A stretch of DNA of 40,243 nt, from assembly GCA_002788135.1 (NCBI GenBank), contig PFQT01000031.1:1-40243 (forward strand), given 5' to 3'. The translations under genes were made by a program, and so were the position numbers. Source of the DNA: Candidatus Yonathbacteria bacterium CG_4_8_14_3_um_filter_46_25 (GTDB taxonomy: Bacteria; Patescibacteriota; Minisyncoccia; Phycocordibacterales; UBA1539). Shown in pieces: positions 6,680 to 14,583 of the stretch. The notes below the pieces were generated by a model. That model saw only the letters and a program-made list of their open reading frames with translations, had not been told where the DNA came from and ran no database searches. Position 1 is the first letter of the stretch, and every line of letters starts with the position of its first letter.

Positions 6680-7034
6680 AATTACAAAAGAAATAATCGT
6701 GCCTCTCGCTCTCGTAGTGTTGGCAATTTTACTCATGAACCCTTTTCATTTTTGGATGCCGGACATGATGGTAATGGGAATGCTTGTTGCCTTGCTAGTT
6801 CTTTTTGGTATATTTGCGAGCTTTATTCTAAAAGAAAAAGTATTTGATGAACGCGATGATGTAAACCGTTCACTTGCGGGAAGAAACGCGTTTCTCGCAG
6901 GATCAGCAATTCTCATGCTCGGCATTGTGATACAAGGATACTCACACAAGGTAGATTCGTGGTTAGTGATTACTCTGATAGTCATGATAATCGTAAAAAT
7001 CACGACTCGTTTCTGGAACGACAAAAATCTCTAA
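6669..7034 (+). CDS. small integral membrane protein paired with the XRE regulator
   Basis: The ATG at 6669 overlaps the regulator's stop by 11 nt (ORF-track frame 6570..7034). TM segments IIVPLALVVLAILL, MVMGMLVALLVLFGIFASFIL, AFLAGSAILMLGIVI, WLVITLIVMIIV. Confidence 0.6.
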   Translation: MKNKITKEIIVPLALVVLAILLMNPFHFWMPDMMVMGMLVALLVLFGIFASFILKEKVFDERDDVNRSLAGRNAFLAGSAILMLGIVIQGYSHKVDSWLVITLIVMIIVKITTRFWNDKNL

Positions 7035-7049
7035 AATGCAGTTATCCAC

Positions 7050-7090
7050 AAAACGAATGTAAAGTGTACTTTACATTCGTTTTGTTATTT
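7050..7090 (+). terminator. Rho-independent terminator
   Basis: 16-nt perfect inverted repeat AAAACGAATGTAAAGT (7050-7065) / ACTTTACATTCGTTTT (7068-7083), followed by GTTATTTT. Confidence 0.75.
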
Positions 7091-7138
7091 TATATACTTT
7101 ATTTATTAACATTATAAGTTAGTAATTAACAAATTTTT

Positions 7139-7738
7139 ATGAACAAAAATATAGGAATAGTTATTGGGGTTATCGTGTTGGCGGTGATTGTTGGAGGAAT
7201 CTATATATCCAACAATGCAAAAAATGATGCAATGATGGCTAAAGAGCAAATGGAACAGAAGGCCATGGAGGATCAAAAGATGGCTGAAGAAAAAGCCATG
7301 ATGGAAAAGAAAGCGATGGAGCAGAAAGAAAAAGACGACATGATAAAAGCTGACACTACAGAAACCGACGGTATGATGAAAAAAGACGAGACAAGCATGA
7401 TGGATAAAAGCGACACTGTGATGAAGGCGGGTTCATACGAAGCGTACGCCCCGGAAAAAGTGGCTCTCGCTTCCGCTACTCACGACGTAGTTTTATTTTT
7501 CAGAGCAAGCTGGTGTCCGACTTGTAGAACGTTAGACGCGGACATTAAAGCTAATCTTTCAAAAATTCCCGGAAGCCTAGCTATTCTTGATGTGAATTAC
7601 GATAATTCTACTGCGCTCAAACAAAAATATGGCGTTACGTATCAGCATACATTTGTGCAGGTTGATAAAGATGGAAATCTAATCAAAAAGTGGAGCGGTA
7701 GTCCGACACTCTCGGCACTTGTAGCAGAAGTAAAATAA
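7139..7738 (+). CDS. membrane-anchored thioredoxin-like protein with Met/Lys/Glu-rich linker
   Basis: N-terminal TM IGIVIGVIVLAVIVGGIYI. Met-rich low-complexity linker. Thioredoxin fold with FRASWCPTCRTLD (WCxxC active site). Confidence 0.8.
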   Translation: MNKNIGIVIGVIVLAVIVGGIYISNNAKNDAMMAKEQMEQKAMEDQKMAEEKAMMEKKAMEQKEKDDMIKADTTETDGMMKKDETSMMDKSDTVMKAGSYEAYAPEKVALASATHDVVLFFRASWCPTCRTLDADIKANLSKIPGSLAILDVNYDNSTALKQKYGVTYQHTFVQVDKDGNLIKKWSGSPTLSALVAEVK

Positions 7739-7739
7739 C

Positions 7740-9506
7740 ATGTTGCTTCTCCTGATCTCGTTTATCGCAGGAATACTCACGGTGCTTGCACCGTGTATTC
7801 TGCCTCTCCTTCCTGTGATAATAGGGCACTCTATCACAGGCACTACCCCAAGCAGGAGAAGACTTTTTGTGGTTGTGGCATCGCTTGGAATTTCGGTCAT
7901 ACTATTCACACTGCTTCTTAAGGCAAGCTCCTTGTTGATTGATATTCCTCAAGATTTCTGGAAATGGATTTCTGGTGGAATTATTTTCTTATTTGGTTTG
8001 ACTATGGTTTTCCCTGATCTATGGGAAAAATTTTCCCTTGCAAACACCTTAAGCATCAAATCAAATAAAGTATTAACAAAAGGATATCAAAAGAATAGTG
8101 TTTGGGGAGATGTGATCATCGGTGCATCCCTTGGACCTATTTTTTCTGCTTGTAGTCCGACATACTTTGTTATCTTGGCGACAGTCTTGCCCGTCTCGCT
8201 TCTCTTGGGAATTGTCTATCTTTTTACTTATGTTTTAGGATTATCGCTCGCCCTCATATTCGTCGCTCTTTTGGGTGAACGTATTATGGCGAAAGTCGGA
8301 AAAGTTTCAGATCCAAGAGGTTGGTTTAAAAAGATATTTGGAGTCATTTTCATTTTAGTAGCAATAGCTATTATTTCTGGATATGACAAAAAACTTCAAA
8401 TTGGTTTACTTGATGCAGGATTTTTGGATGTAACCAAAATTGAACAAAGGTTGTTAGAGAAAAATGATAAAAAAGATGCAAGTGTAGATAGCGCCTCAAA
8501 CGCGGACGAAAACACCGGACTTGGAGACAAAACCAAGGCAAACGAAGAGTCATTCTTAACCATTAAAGAAAAAGGTGAAAAATTCACCCTTGCGCCTGAC
8601 ATAAGCACCCCCGATGGTTTCATAAATACAAATAATTTACCTGTAACTATAGGCGAATTTAAGGGCAAAAAAGTTGTGTTGTTAGATGTTTGGACATATA
8701 GCTGTATCAATTGTAGGCGCACTATTCCATATCTAAACGAGTGGTATAAAGAATATGAGGATGAAGGGCTTGTGATTATCGGTCTTCACACTCCGGAATT
8801 TTCTTTTGAAAAAGTTCAAGAGAATGTAGAAAAAGCAGTAAAAGATTTTGGTATAAAATATCCAGTGGTACTTGATAATGATTTTTCTACTTGGCAAGCT
8901 TACAAGAATCAATATTGGCCGAGGAAATATTTAATTGATATAGATGGGTATATTGTCTATGGCCATGCTGGAGAAGGTCAATACAAAGAGACAGAAGTTG
9001 CAATACAAAAAGCTCTTCGAGAACGGGCGGATAGACTAGATATGAATGCAGAGGTGTCCTCAAATATATCAAAACCAGAAAATGTTGTGTTTGTGGAACC
9101 TGGCAAGGTAAAAAGTCCGGAAGTATATTTTGGATCTGCGAGAAATGAATACCTTGCAAACGGTACCGTGGGCCGTATGGGTGAGCAGACTCTTTTGATT
9201 CCTTCATCAATCTCTTTCAACAAACTTTACCTTGGTGGTACATGGAATATAACTTCCGAATACGCCGAAAATAAAAGTGCGGGAAGTATCGTCTTTCGCT
9301 ACGAGGCAAAAAATGTCTACATAACCGCAGGGTCATTTGAAGGAGTCGAGGTTGAAATTTATAAAGACGATGTGTTCGTAAAGAAAGTGACCATTAAGAA
9401 CGAAACACTCTACACACTCATCCAAGATGCTGATTATGGAAAGCATGTTTTGCGTATTGTAATACCGAAAGTAGGATTACAAGCTTTTACCTTTACGTTT
9501 GGTTAA
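7740..9506 (+). CDS. DipZ-like fusion: CcdA/DsbD-type thiol-disulfide transporter, TlpA/ResA-like thioredoxin domain and a C-terminal beta domain
   Basis: N-terminal polytopic domain with LAPCILPLLPVIIG and SACSPTYF Cys motifs. Periplasmic redoxin domain with VWTYSCINCRRTIPYL (CxxC) and KYLIDIDGYIV. The extra C-terminal domain matches the architecture of mycobacterial DipZ. Confidence 0.8.
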   Translation: MLLLLISFIAGILTVLAPCILPLLPVIIGHSITGTTPSRRRLFVVVASLGISVILFTLLLKASSLLIDIPQDFWKWISGGIIFLFGLTMVFPDLWEKFSLANTLSIKSNKVLTKGYQKNSVWGDVIIGASLGPIFSACSPTYFVILATVLPVSLLLGIVYLFTYVLGLSLALIFVALLGERIMAKVGKVSDPRGWFKKIFGVIFILVAIAIISGYDKKLQIGLLDAGFLDVTKIEQRLLEKNDKKDASVDSASNADENTGLGDKTKANEESFLTIKEKGEKFTLAPDISTPDGFINTNNLPVTIGEFKGKKVVLLDVWTYSCINCRRTIPYLNEWYKEYEDEGLVIIGLHTPEFSFEKVQENVEKAVKDFGIKYPVVLDNDFSTWQAYKNQYWPRKYLIDIDGYIVYGHAGEGQYKETEVAIQKALRERADRLDMNAEVSSNISKPENVVFVEPGKVKSPEVYFGSARNEYLANGTVGRMGEQTLLIPSSISFNKLYLGGTWNITSEYAENKSAGSIVFRYEAKNVYITAGSFEGVEVEIYKDDVFVKKVTIKNETLYTLIQDADYGKHVLRIVIPKVGLQAFTFTFG

Positions 9507-9519
9507 ACAAATAAAATAC

Positions 9520-9915
9520 ATGAATGACAACATGCCTAAAAATGAAGAAGAGTTCAGGAAGAAATTAACACCAGAACAATATGAAGTCCTGCGACAAAAG
9601 GGCACAGAACCTGCTTTTTCCGGAAAGCTTATTCGTCCTGACAAAGACGGATTCTACAAATGTGCCGCGTGTGGCAACCCGCTTTTTAAGGCTGAGTCAA
9701 AGTTTGATTCTGGTACTGGCTGGCCAAGCTTTGATGAAGCCCTACCTGGAGCAGTGAGAAATATTGAAGATACTTCTCACGGGATGAAAAGAGTGGAGAC
9801 AATATGCTCGGTCTGCAATTCACATCTTGGCCATGTATTTAATGACGGTCCGACAAAAACGGGGAAAAGATACTGCATGAATTCGGTCTGTTTTGAAGAC
9901 CTTAGCGCCAAATAA
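9520..9915 (+). CDS. msrB: peptide-methionine (R)-S-oxide reductase MsrB (zinc-binding type, cytoplasmic)
   Basis: ORF track 9499..9915; the ATG at 9520 is preferred. GTEPAFSGK, two CxxC pairs ([19 protein letters not shown]), GTGWPSF, catalytic RYCMNS. Confidence 0.9.
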   Translation: MNDNMPKNEEEFRKKLTPEQYEVLRQKGTEPAFSGKLIRPDKDGFYKCAACGNPLFKAESKFDSGTGWPSFDEALPGAVRNIEDTSHGMKRVETICSVCNSHLGHVFNDGPTKTGKRYCMNSVCFEDLSAK

Positions 9916-9917
9916 TT

Positions 9918-10406
9918 ATGAACAAGAAAATCGTATTAGCAGGAGGATGTTTCTGGGGTCTTGAGGATTTGATTAGAATTCAGCCCGGAGTGATAACTAC
10001 CGAAGTCGGCTATACAGGCGGAGCAAACAAAAATCCGACATATGAAAACCATCCGGGTCATGCCGAGGCAGTGGAGATAGAATACGATTCGTCAAAAACG
10101 TCATACAAAAAGCTTCTCAATTTTTTCTTCCAGATTCATAATCCAAATACGCTCAACCAACAAGGGAACGACCGGGGCACATCCTATCGATCCGCTATTT
10201 TCTATGGAAGTGAAGAGGAGAAAGAGGAAAGTGAGGATTTTATTGAAATCGTAAACAAGTCAAAACGATGGAGAGATCCTGTTGTCACTACGCTTGAACC
10301 TCTCGATAAGTTTTATAAAGCCGAAGAATATCATCAGGACTACCTACAGAAAAATCCAACAGGATATACCTGTCATGCTATATGGTTTGATAGCTATTTG
10401 AAATAA
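9918..10406 (+). CDS. msrA: peptide-methionine (S)-S-oxide reductase MsrA
   Basis: GGCFWGLE active-site motif. [21 protein letters not shown]. Confidence 0.9.
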   Translation: MNKKIVLAGGCFWGLEDLIRIQPGVITTEVGYTGGANKNPTYENHPGHAEAVEIEYDSSKTSYKKLLNFFFQIHNPNTLNQQGNDRGTSYRSAIFYGSEEEKEESEDFIEIVNKSKRWRDPVVTTLEPLDKFYKAEEYHQDYLQKNPTGYTCHAIWFDSYLK

Positions 10407-10411
10407 TATCC

Positions 10412-10924
10412 ATGCATAATTTTTCTCATCTACCTAAAAAAGTAATCTTTATACTCTTGGTCATATCTTTGTTTCTGATAGGTGGTGCTGTTTATTCCCT
10501 GCGGAGTCTGTCTTCTTCAGCACAGAACATGCGTGAAAGCAGTGCAGTCAAGGATCACTGGGAAGAAATTCTGACTCCCGAGCAGTATTATGTCTTGAGA
10601 GAAGCAGGTACAGAGGCTCCATTTTCTGGCAAGCTTAATAGCGAAAAACAAAAAGGAACATACTACAGCATTGGTTGTGATAAGCCACTCTTTAGGTCGG
10701 AACAGAAATACGATTCTGGTACTGGCTGGCCAAGTTTCTGGGCTCCCATAACAGAGGATGTGCTTGTTCTTCGAAAAGAAATCGGACTTTCGGACGAAAG
10801 GATTGAAGTTCTCGATGCCTGCGGCTCGCATCTCGGACATGTGTTTGATGATGGGCCACAACCCACTGGAAAAAGATTCTGTATAAATTCTGTGGCACTG
10901 TATTTTGTTCCAGATGAAGAGTAA
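10412..10924 (+). CDS. msrB: membrane-anchored (probably extracytoplasmic) MsrB paralogue lacking the zinc CxxC pairs
   Basis: N-terminal anchor VIFILLVISLFLIGGAVYSL. MsrB core GTEAPFSGK, GTGWPSFW, HLGHVFDDGP, catalytic RFCINS. The CxxC pairs are replaced (GCDKP, LDACGS). Confidence 0.85.
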   Translation: MHNFSHLPKKVIFILLVISLFLIGGAVYSLRSLSSSAQNMRESSAVKDHWEEILTPEQYYVLREAGTEAPFSGKLNSEKQKGTYYSIGCDKPLFRSEQKYDSGTGWPSFWAPITEDVLVLRKEIGLSDERIEVLDACGSHLGHVFDDGPQPTGKRFCINSVALYFVPDEE

Positions 10925-11040
10925 AAATAGTAGAATGAACGAGGCACAATATTGGGAAAATGGGGATACGTGCAATATTTTTCATTCCGACAGCAACTCA
11001 ATTGGTTTGTGACATGAAAATATTACACCATATTTTCTGG

Positions 11041-11066
11041 GATTTTATTATACATATCCCTATTTT
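11041..11066 (+). repeat. 26-bp exact direct repeat, copy 2
   Basis: Identical to 6344-6369. Lies about 45-145 nt before the compositional step into the higher-GC core. Confidence 0.9.
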
Positions 11067-11191
11067 CCTAGTTCTGCAACAAGGGAATTTCCACTAAACT
11101 CAACATAGCCCGCTATTTCAAATTTGAAGAAAGGTTAACCACATTCTTGCGATGTATCGTACATTTATGAGATACTTGGTACATCAATCCA

Positions 11192-11965
11192 ATGAGAAAA
11201 CACACAAAAAGCACAGCGCAAACAACGAACACGAAATACGTTGTTTTCCAATCATTGTACGAAGCTCTGGAAAATCCGCGCTCGCGATGGTTTTCCCATG
11301 CCAATGACACACTGGCGTTTCTTACCCTGCTTTCGGTTACCTCACTGGCATTTCAAAGCGTCGCGGCGTTTGCGTCATATGATTACTTGTTTATGACGAT
11401 TGAATATGTCGCTGTTTTCTTTTTTACTATTGAATATGTTGTGCGTTTTGCCGCGCAAAAGACCCGTTACGCATTCAGTTTTTTTGGCATCATTGATCTT
11501 TTTGCCATACTCCCGACTTTTTTTATGCTCGGCAATCTCACCTTCCTAAAAACAACGCGCATATTACGAATTCTCCGATTCTTACGAATAATACGGCTTA
11601 CCAAACTCGCGCGCATTACCACCCACCCCACCACGCGCTCGGAAGAGCGCCTGCGCGTCGAGAACTTAAATCTCAAAATATATTTCCTCGCGCTTACAAG
11701 CGCGATTGTCATGTTCGGCGCGTTTATGTACCTTATTGAAGGATACCGTGCCGAATTTTCCAATATGTTCCTCGGCATGGTATGGGCGGTAGAAGTTATT
11801 TTGGGAGGAATCAATCATGTCGCGCCAGAAACCCTCATTGGTGAAATAACCGCCATCGCCGCACGTTTTGTCGGACTGGTACTTTTCGGACTTCTCATCA
11901 CCGTCGTCGGCGGCTTCATGCAAAAACTGCTGTTCGGAAGCGCAACAAGAGAACAGGGTATGTAA
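11192..11965 (+). CDS. 6TM voltage-sensor-type ion transport protein with non-canonical pore filter
   Basis: S4-like segment RILRILRFLRIIRLTKLAR (a basic residue every third position). Pore region WAVEVILGGINHVAPETLIGEI lies where K+ channels carry TTVGYGD. Confidence 0.7.
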   Translation: MRKHTKSTAQTTNTKYVVFQSLYEALENPRSRWFSHANDTLAFLTLLSVTSLAFQSVAAFASYDYLFMTIEYVAVFFFTIEYVVRFAAQKTRYAFSFFGIIDLFAILPTFFMLGNLTFLKTTRILRILRFLRIIRLTKLARITTHPTTRSEERLRVENLNLKIYFLALTSAIVMFGAFMYLIEGYRAEFSNMFLGMVWAVEVILGGINHVAPETLIGEITAIAARFVGLVLFGLLITVVGGFMQKLLFGSATREQGM

Positions 11966-12090
11966 TACGTTCCGCGCATCGCCGTATCACCATCGCTTGT
12001 GTCTTTATTCATAAAGATCGCCCCCACTCCGCACGGCAAGCAAGCGGTCTTTTCGGAAACACGTGCGAACTTTTTAACGCAATGACCACC

Positions 12091-12128
12091 AAATAAAACT
12101 CCCCGAGCTGTTTCAACAACTCGGGGAG
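12091..12128 (-). terminator. Rho-independent terminator for the DHOD-like gene, between convergent genes
   Basis: 9-bp stem CTCCCCGAG (12099-12107) / CTCGGGGAG (12120-12128). On the - strand it is followed by TTTTATTT. Confidence 0.6.
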
Positions 12129-12133
12129 GATGA

Positions 12134-13127
12134 TTATTCTCCATCAAACGCTCGATACGCCTCGCGCGTGATAGCGGGAACCCGCCACGGACGATATGTG
12201 CCCACCGTCCCAATAAACACCGACGAGGCGCCGGCGCGAGCATAGTCGACAACATGATATGGGTGGGTAATTCCCCCGCCGGCGTTAATCGGCTTCTTGA
12301 ACCCAATGGAGTTCAAGAGGTGTAAAAAAAGGATATTCAGGCGACGAAGATACGGACCGGAATACCCTCCGTCAGCGTCGATACCGCGGCGACGGAGCGG
12401 CGAAACGATCGAACCGAACGCACCAATCTTCTTAGTGTCTGGCAGACTGTCCCATGGTATCGTGTTCGAGAGACAGATTCCGTCACAGTTCGTGTCGTTG
12501 CCAACCTCGTATACCATTCCCGGGTCAAGCCCGTAGCAACTGAATTTCACCATCTGCGGAATACCAAGCGCAGAACCGATTTTGAGCGCCTCGATAACTT
12601 CATCGAAGTGTTCTTCTTGGCGCACCCCGACGTTCGGACAAGAAATATTGAGCTGCCATGCGATCGGTGCTTTGAACTCGGAGAGTCGCGGCTCAAGGAT
12701 CGCAACAGCGCGGCGCATTTCATTCATACGCTCAGCGCGCGTTTTTCCAGTTGACATAAATGACAAAAAGAACGGCCCCACTCTCCGTTGCCACTCTCCG
12801 CGGTCAAGCAATGCTTCAAGCCCCGGCCCCGGTAATCCGACCGCATTGACCGTTTCTACCGTGAGAAATTTGGTCGCGATGCACTTCGGGAACCACTCCC
12901 GTACGCGCAAATCGATGTCGAGTTCCAGATTGGCGCCTTCCGCGCTTGCGCGTGCATCAACCGTTGTCGTCTTCGCGACAAACGTTATCCCGTCCCAATT
13001 CGGACAAAACGGCCGAGGAAGCCGCTGGTTCGGGTACTCTGCTTCTCGTCCTCCGGAGCGACCGAAAAAAACCGCGTACTCCCGACGCGTTCAAGATAGG
13101 ACCAAAATCAATCTCCCGTAATATCAT
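12134..13127 (-). pseudogene. dihydroorotate dehydrogenase family (PyrD-like TIM barrel) gene interrupted by a frameshift in a T7 run
   Basis: The main ORF 12134..12910 has NAVGLPGPG, NISCPNV and NAGGGI...AGASSVFIGT motifs. The true N-terminus MILREIDFGPILNASGVRGFF starts at the ATG at 13127, behind a strong AAAGGAGGT RBS, but in another frame. The frames join at the homopolymer 13065-13071 (A7 on +, T7 on the coding strand). Removing one T gives a continuous protein of about 330 aa. Confidence 0.75.
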
Positions 13128-13256
13128 CGCAACCTCCTTTCGAAGAAATGGCGTGATTGTGGCGTATGCCCTTTGTTTCGACTACTGGCATCGTTCTTCA
13201 ATAAGAGTATCCTAATTACCAGAAATTGCAACAAATGCGTCCGCCCATAACGCCCC

Positions 13257-14549
13257 CTATTCCCGTGCCAACCACTCCGGCTCTTGCCGCACCAAAAGTT
13301 CGTCTTTTTTTTCCGGATGCGCCATGATCTCTTCAACCGCGCGCTCCATTCGCATGCTCTGAGAACCTTTGATAAGCACAATGTCGTTTTCACCAAGCAC
13401 GCTCTCAAGATATTTCCCCGCCTGACGAGAATCAACAAACTCGATGATATTCTTTTCGCTAATCCCTCCCAAAAGCGCGCCTTCAGTTATCGATTTTGCG
13501 CGAAGTCCAACGACGAGCAACAGATCACACGTTTGTCCGGCGAGAACACCAATCTTCTTATGTTCAGAGACGGTATATCTGCCAAGCTCAAGCATGTCAC
13601 CAAATATCGCGATTTTTTTGCCTTCCGTTTTTATTTCACGAAACGTCGCTAGTGCCGCCTCAACCGCCACCGGAGATGAGTTATACGAGTCATCGATAAT
13701 GCTTGATCCTTTGATCCCTTCGATCAACTTGAGCCGCCCGGGTGTCCCCGAATGATTTTCAAGCGTTTCAATCAATTTCACCATGTTGATCTTCAAATGC
13801 ACGCCGATAGCAAGTGCCGCAAGCGCAGGATAAATATATTGATTACCAAAAACACAATTGAGGCGGACCGGCATGATACTTTCTTCGTGAGTGACCTTGA
13901 AGGTCGTCCCGACAGGCCGATCTTTTTTGTACATAATCGCGACATCGGAAACACGCATCATTGCGTTCTTTGAGAATCCATACGTTGTCACTGTCGCGGG
14001 AATGCTCTTTCTCATGGAAAGCACTTTTTCATCGTCAGCATTAAGCACGAGCAAACCGTTTTTTTTGAGCACTTTCACGAGTTGATATTTTTCCGCGACA
14101 ACATCGTCGGGAGAGTTGAAAAATTCAACATGCACAGGGACATCGCCAAAACGTGTCACCACAACAACATCCGGCTTGACCCAACGCGCCACCTTACGTA
14201 TATCATTCGGACGATCAGCCCCTACTTCAAGTATGAGCCACTTTGGATAACGATCTTTGAAAATGATAAGTGAAAGGCCGCTGAGGATCGTGCGCATCCA
14301 TGAAAGAGGGTTGTTCCATCCACTCTGACATCCGAGAATGGTAAGAGGGACACCAAATTCGCTGTTGTAACTCTTCTTGCTCTTACGAACGTACGCAAAA
14401 TCCGATAGCGCGGTATATATCATATCCTTGGTCGATGTCTTACCAACGCTACCAGTTATCGCAATGATCTTCGGTTTGTATTTATGGAGAATAACGCATG
14501 CCTCCGCTTGCAAAATGCCCAATATGATTTTTTTTATGATGGTTTTCAT
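13257..14549 (-). CDS. murF: UDP-N-acetylmuramoyl-tripeptide--D-alanyl-D-alanine ligase (Mur ligase family)
   Basis: P-loop ITGSVGKTSTKDM. Mur ligase middle and C-terminal domains (DDSYNSSP, GDMLELG). Occupies the murF position in the dcw cluster after ftsI. Confidence 0.8.
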   Translation of the reverse strand: MKTIIKKIILGILQAEACVILHKYKPKIIAITGSVGKTSTKDMIYTALSDFAYVRKSKKSYNSEFGVPLTILGCQSGWNNPLSWMRTILSGLSLIIFKDRYPKWLILEVGADRPNDIRKVARWVKPDVVVVTRFGDVPVHVEFFNSPDDVVAEKYQLVKVLKKNGLLVLNADDEKVLSMRKSIPATVTTYGFSKNAMMRVSDVAIMYKKDRPVGTTFKVTHEESIMPVRLNCVFGNQYIYPALAALAIGVHLKINMVKLIETLENHSGTPGRLKLIEGIKGSSIIDDSYNSSPVAVEAALATFREIKTEGKKIAIFGDMLELGRYTVSEHKKIGVLAGQTCDLLLVVGLRAKSITEGALLGGISEKNIIEFVDSRQAGKYLESVLGENDIVLIKGSQSMRMERAVEEIMAHPEKKDELLVRQEPEWLARE

Positions 14550-14583
14550 AAGATGTATCGTTAAATATTGAATATGCCCCGTA

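Noticed and set aside
6344-11066. Whether the 26-bp repeat could be part of a CRISPR array.
   Set aside because: There are only two copies, 4.7 kb apart, with protein-coding genes between them. There is no regular repeat-spacer periodicity and no cas genes in the window.
11815-12306. 163-aa - strand ORF spanning the end of the channel gene, the terminator and the start of the DHOD-like 3' region. Also 13124..13438 (-, 104 aa), overlapping the murF 3' end.
   Set aside because: These overlap well-supported genes and a terminator hairpin, have Arg-rich low-complexity products, and show no homology pattern.
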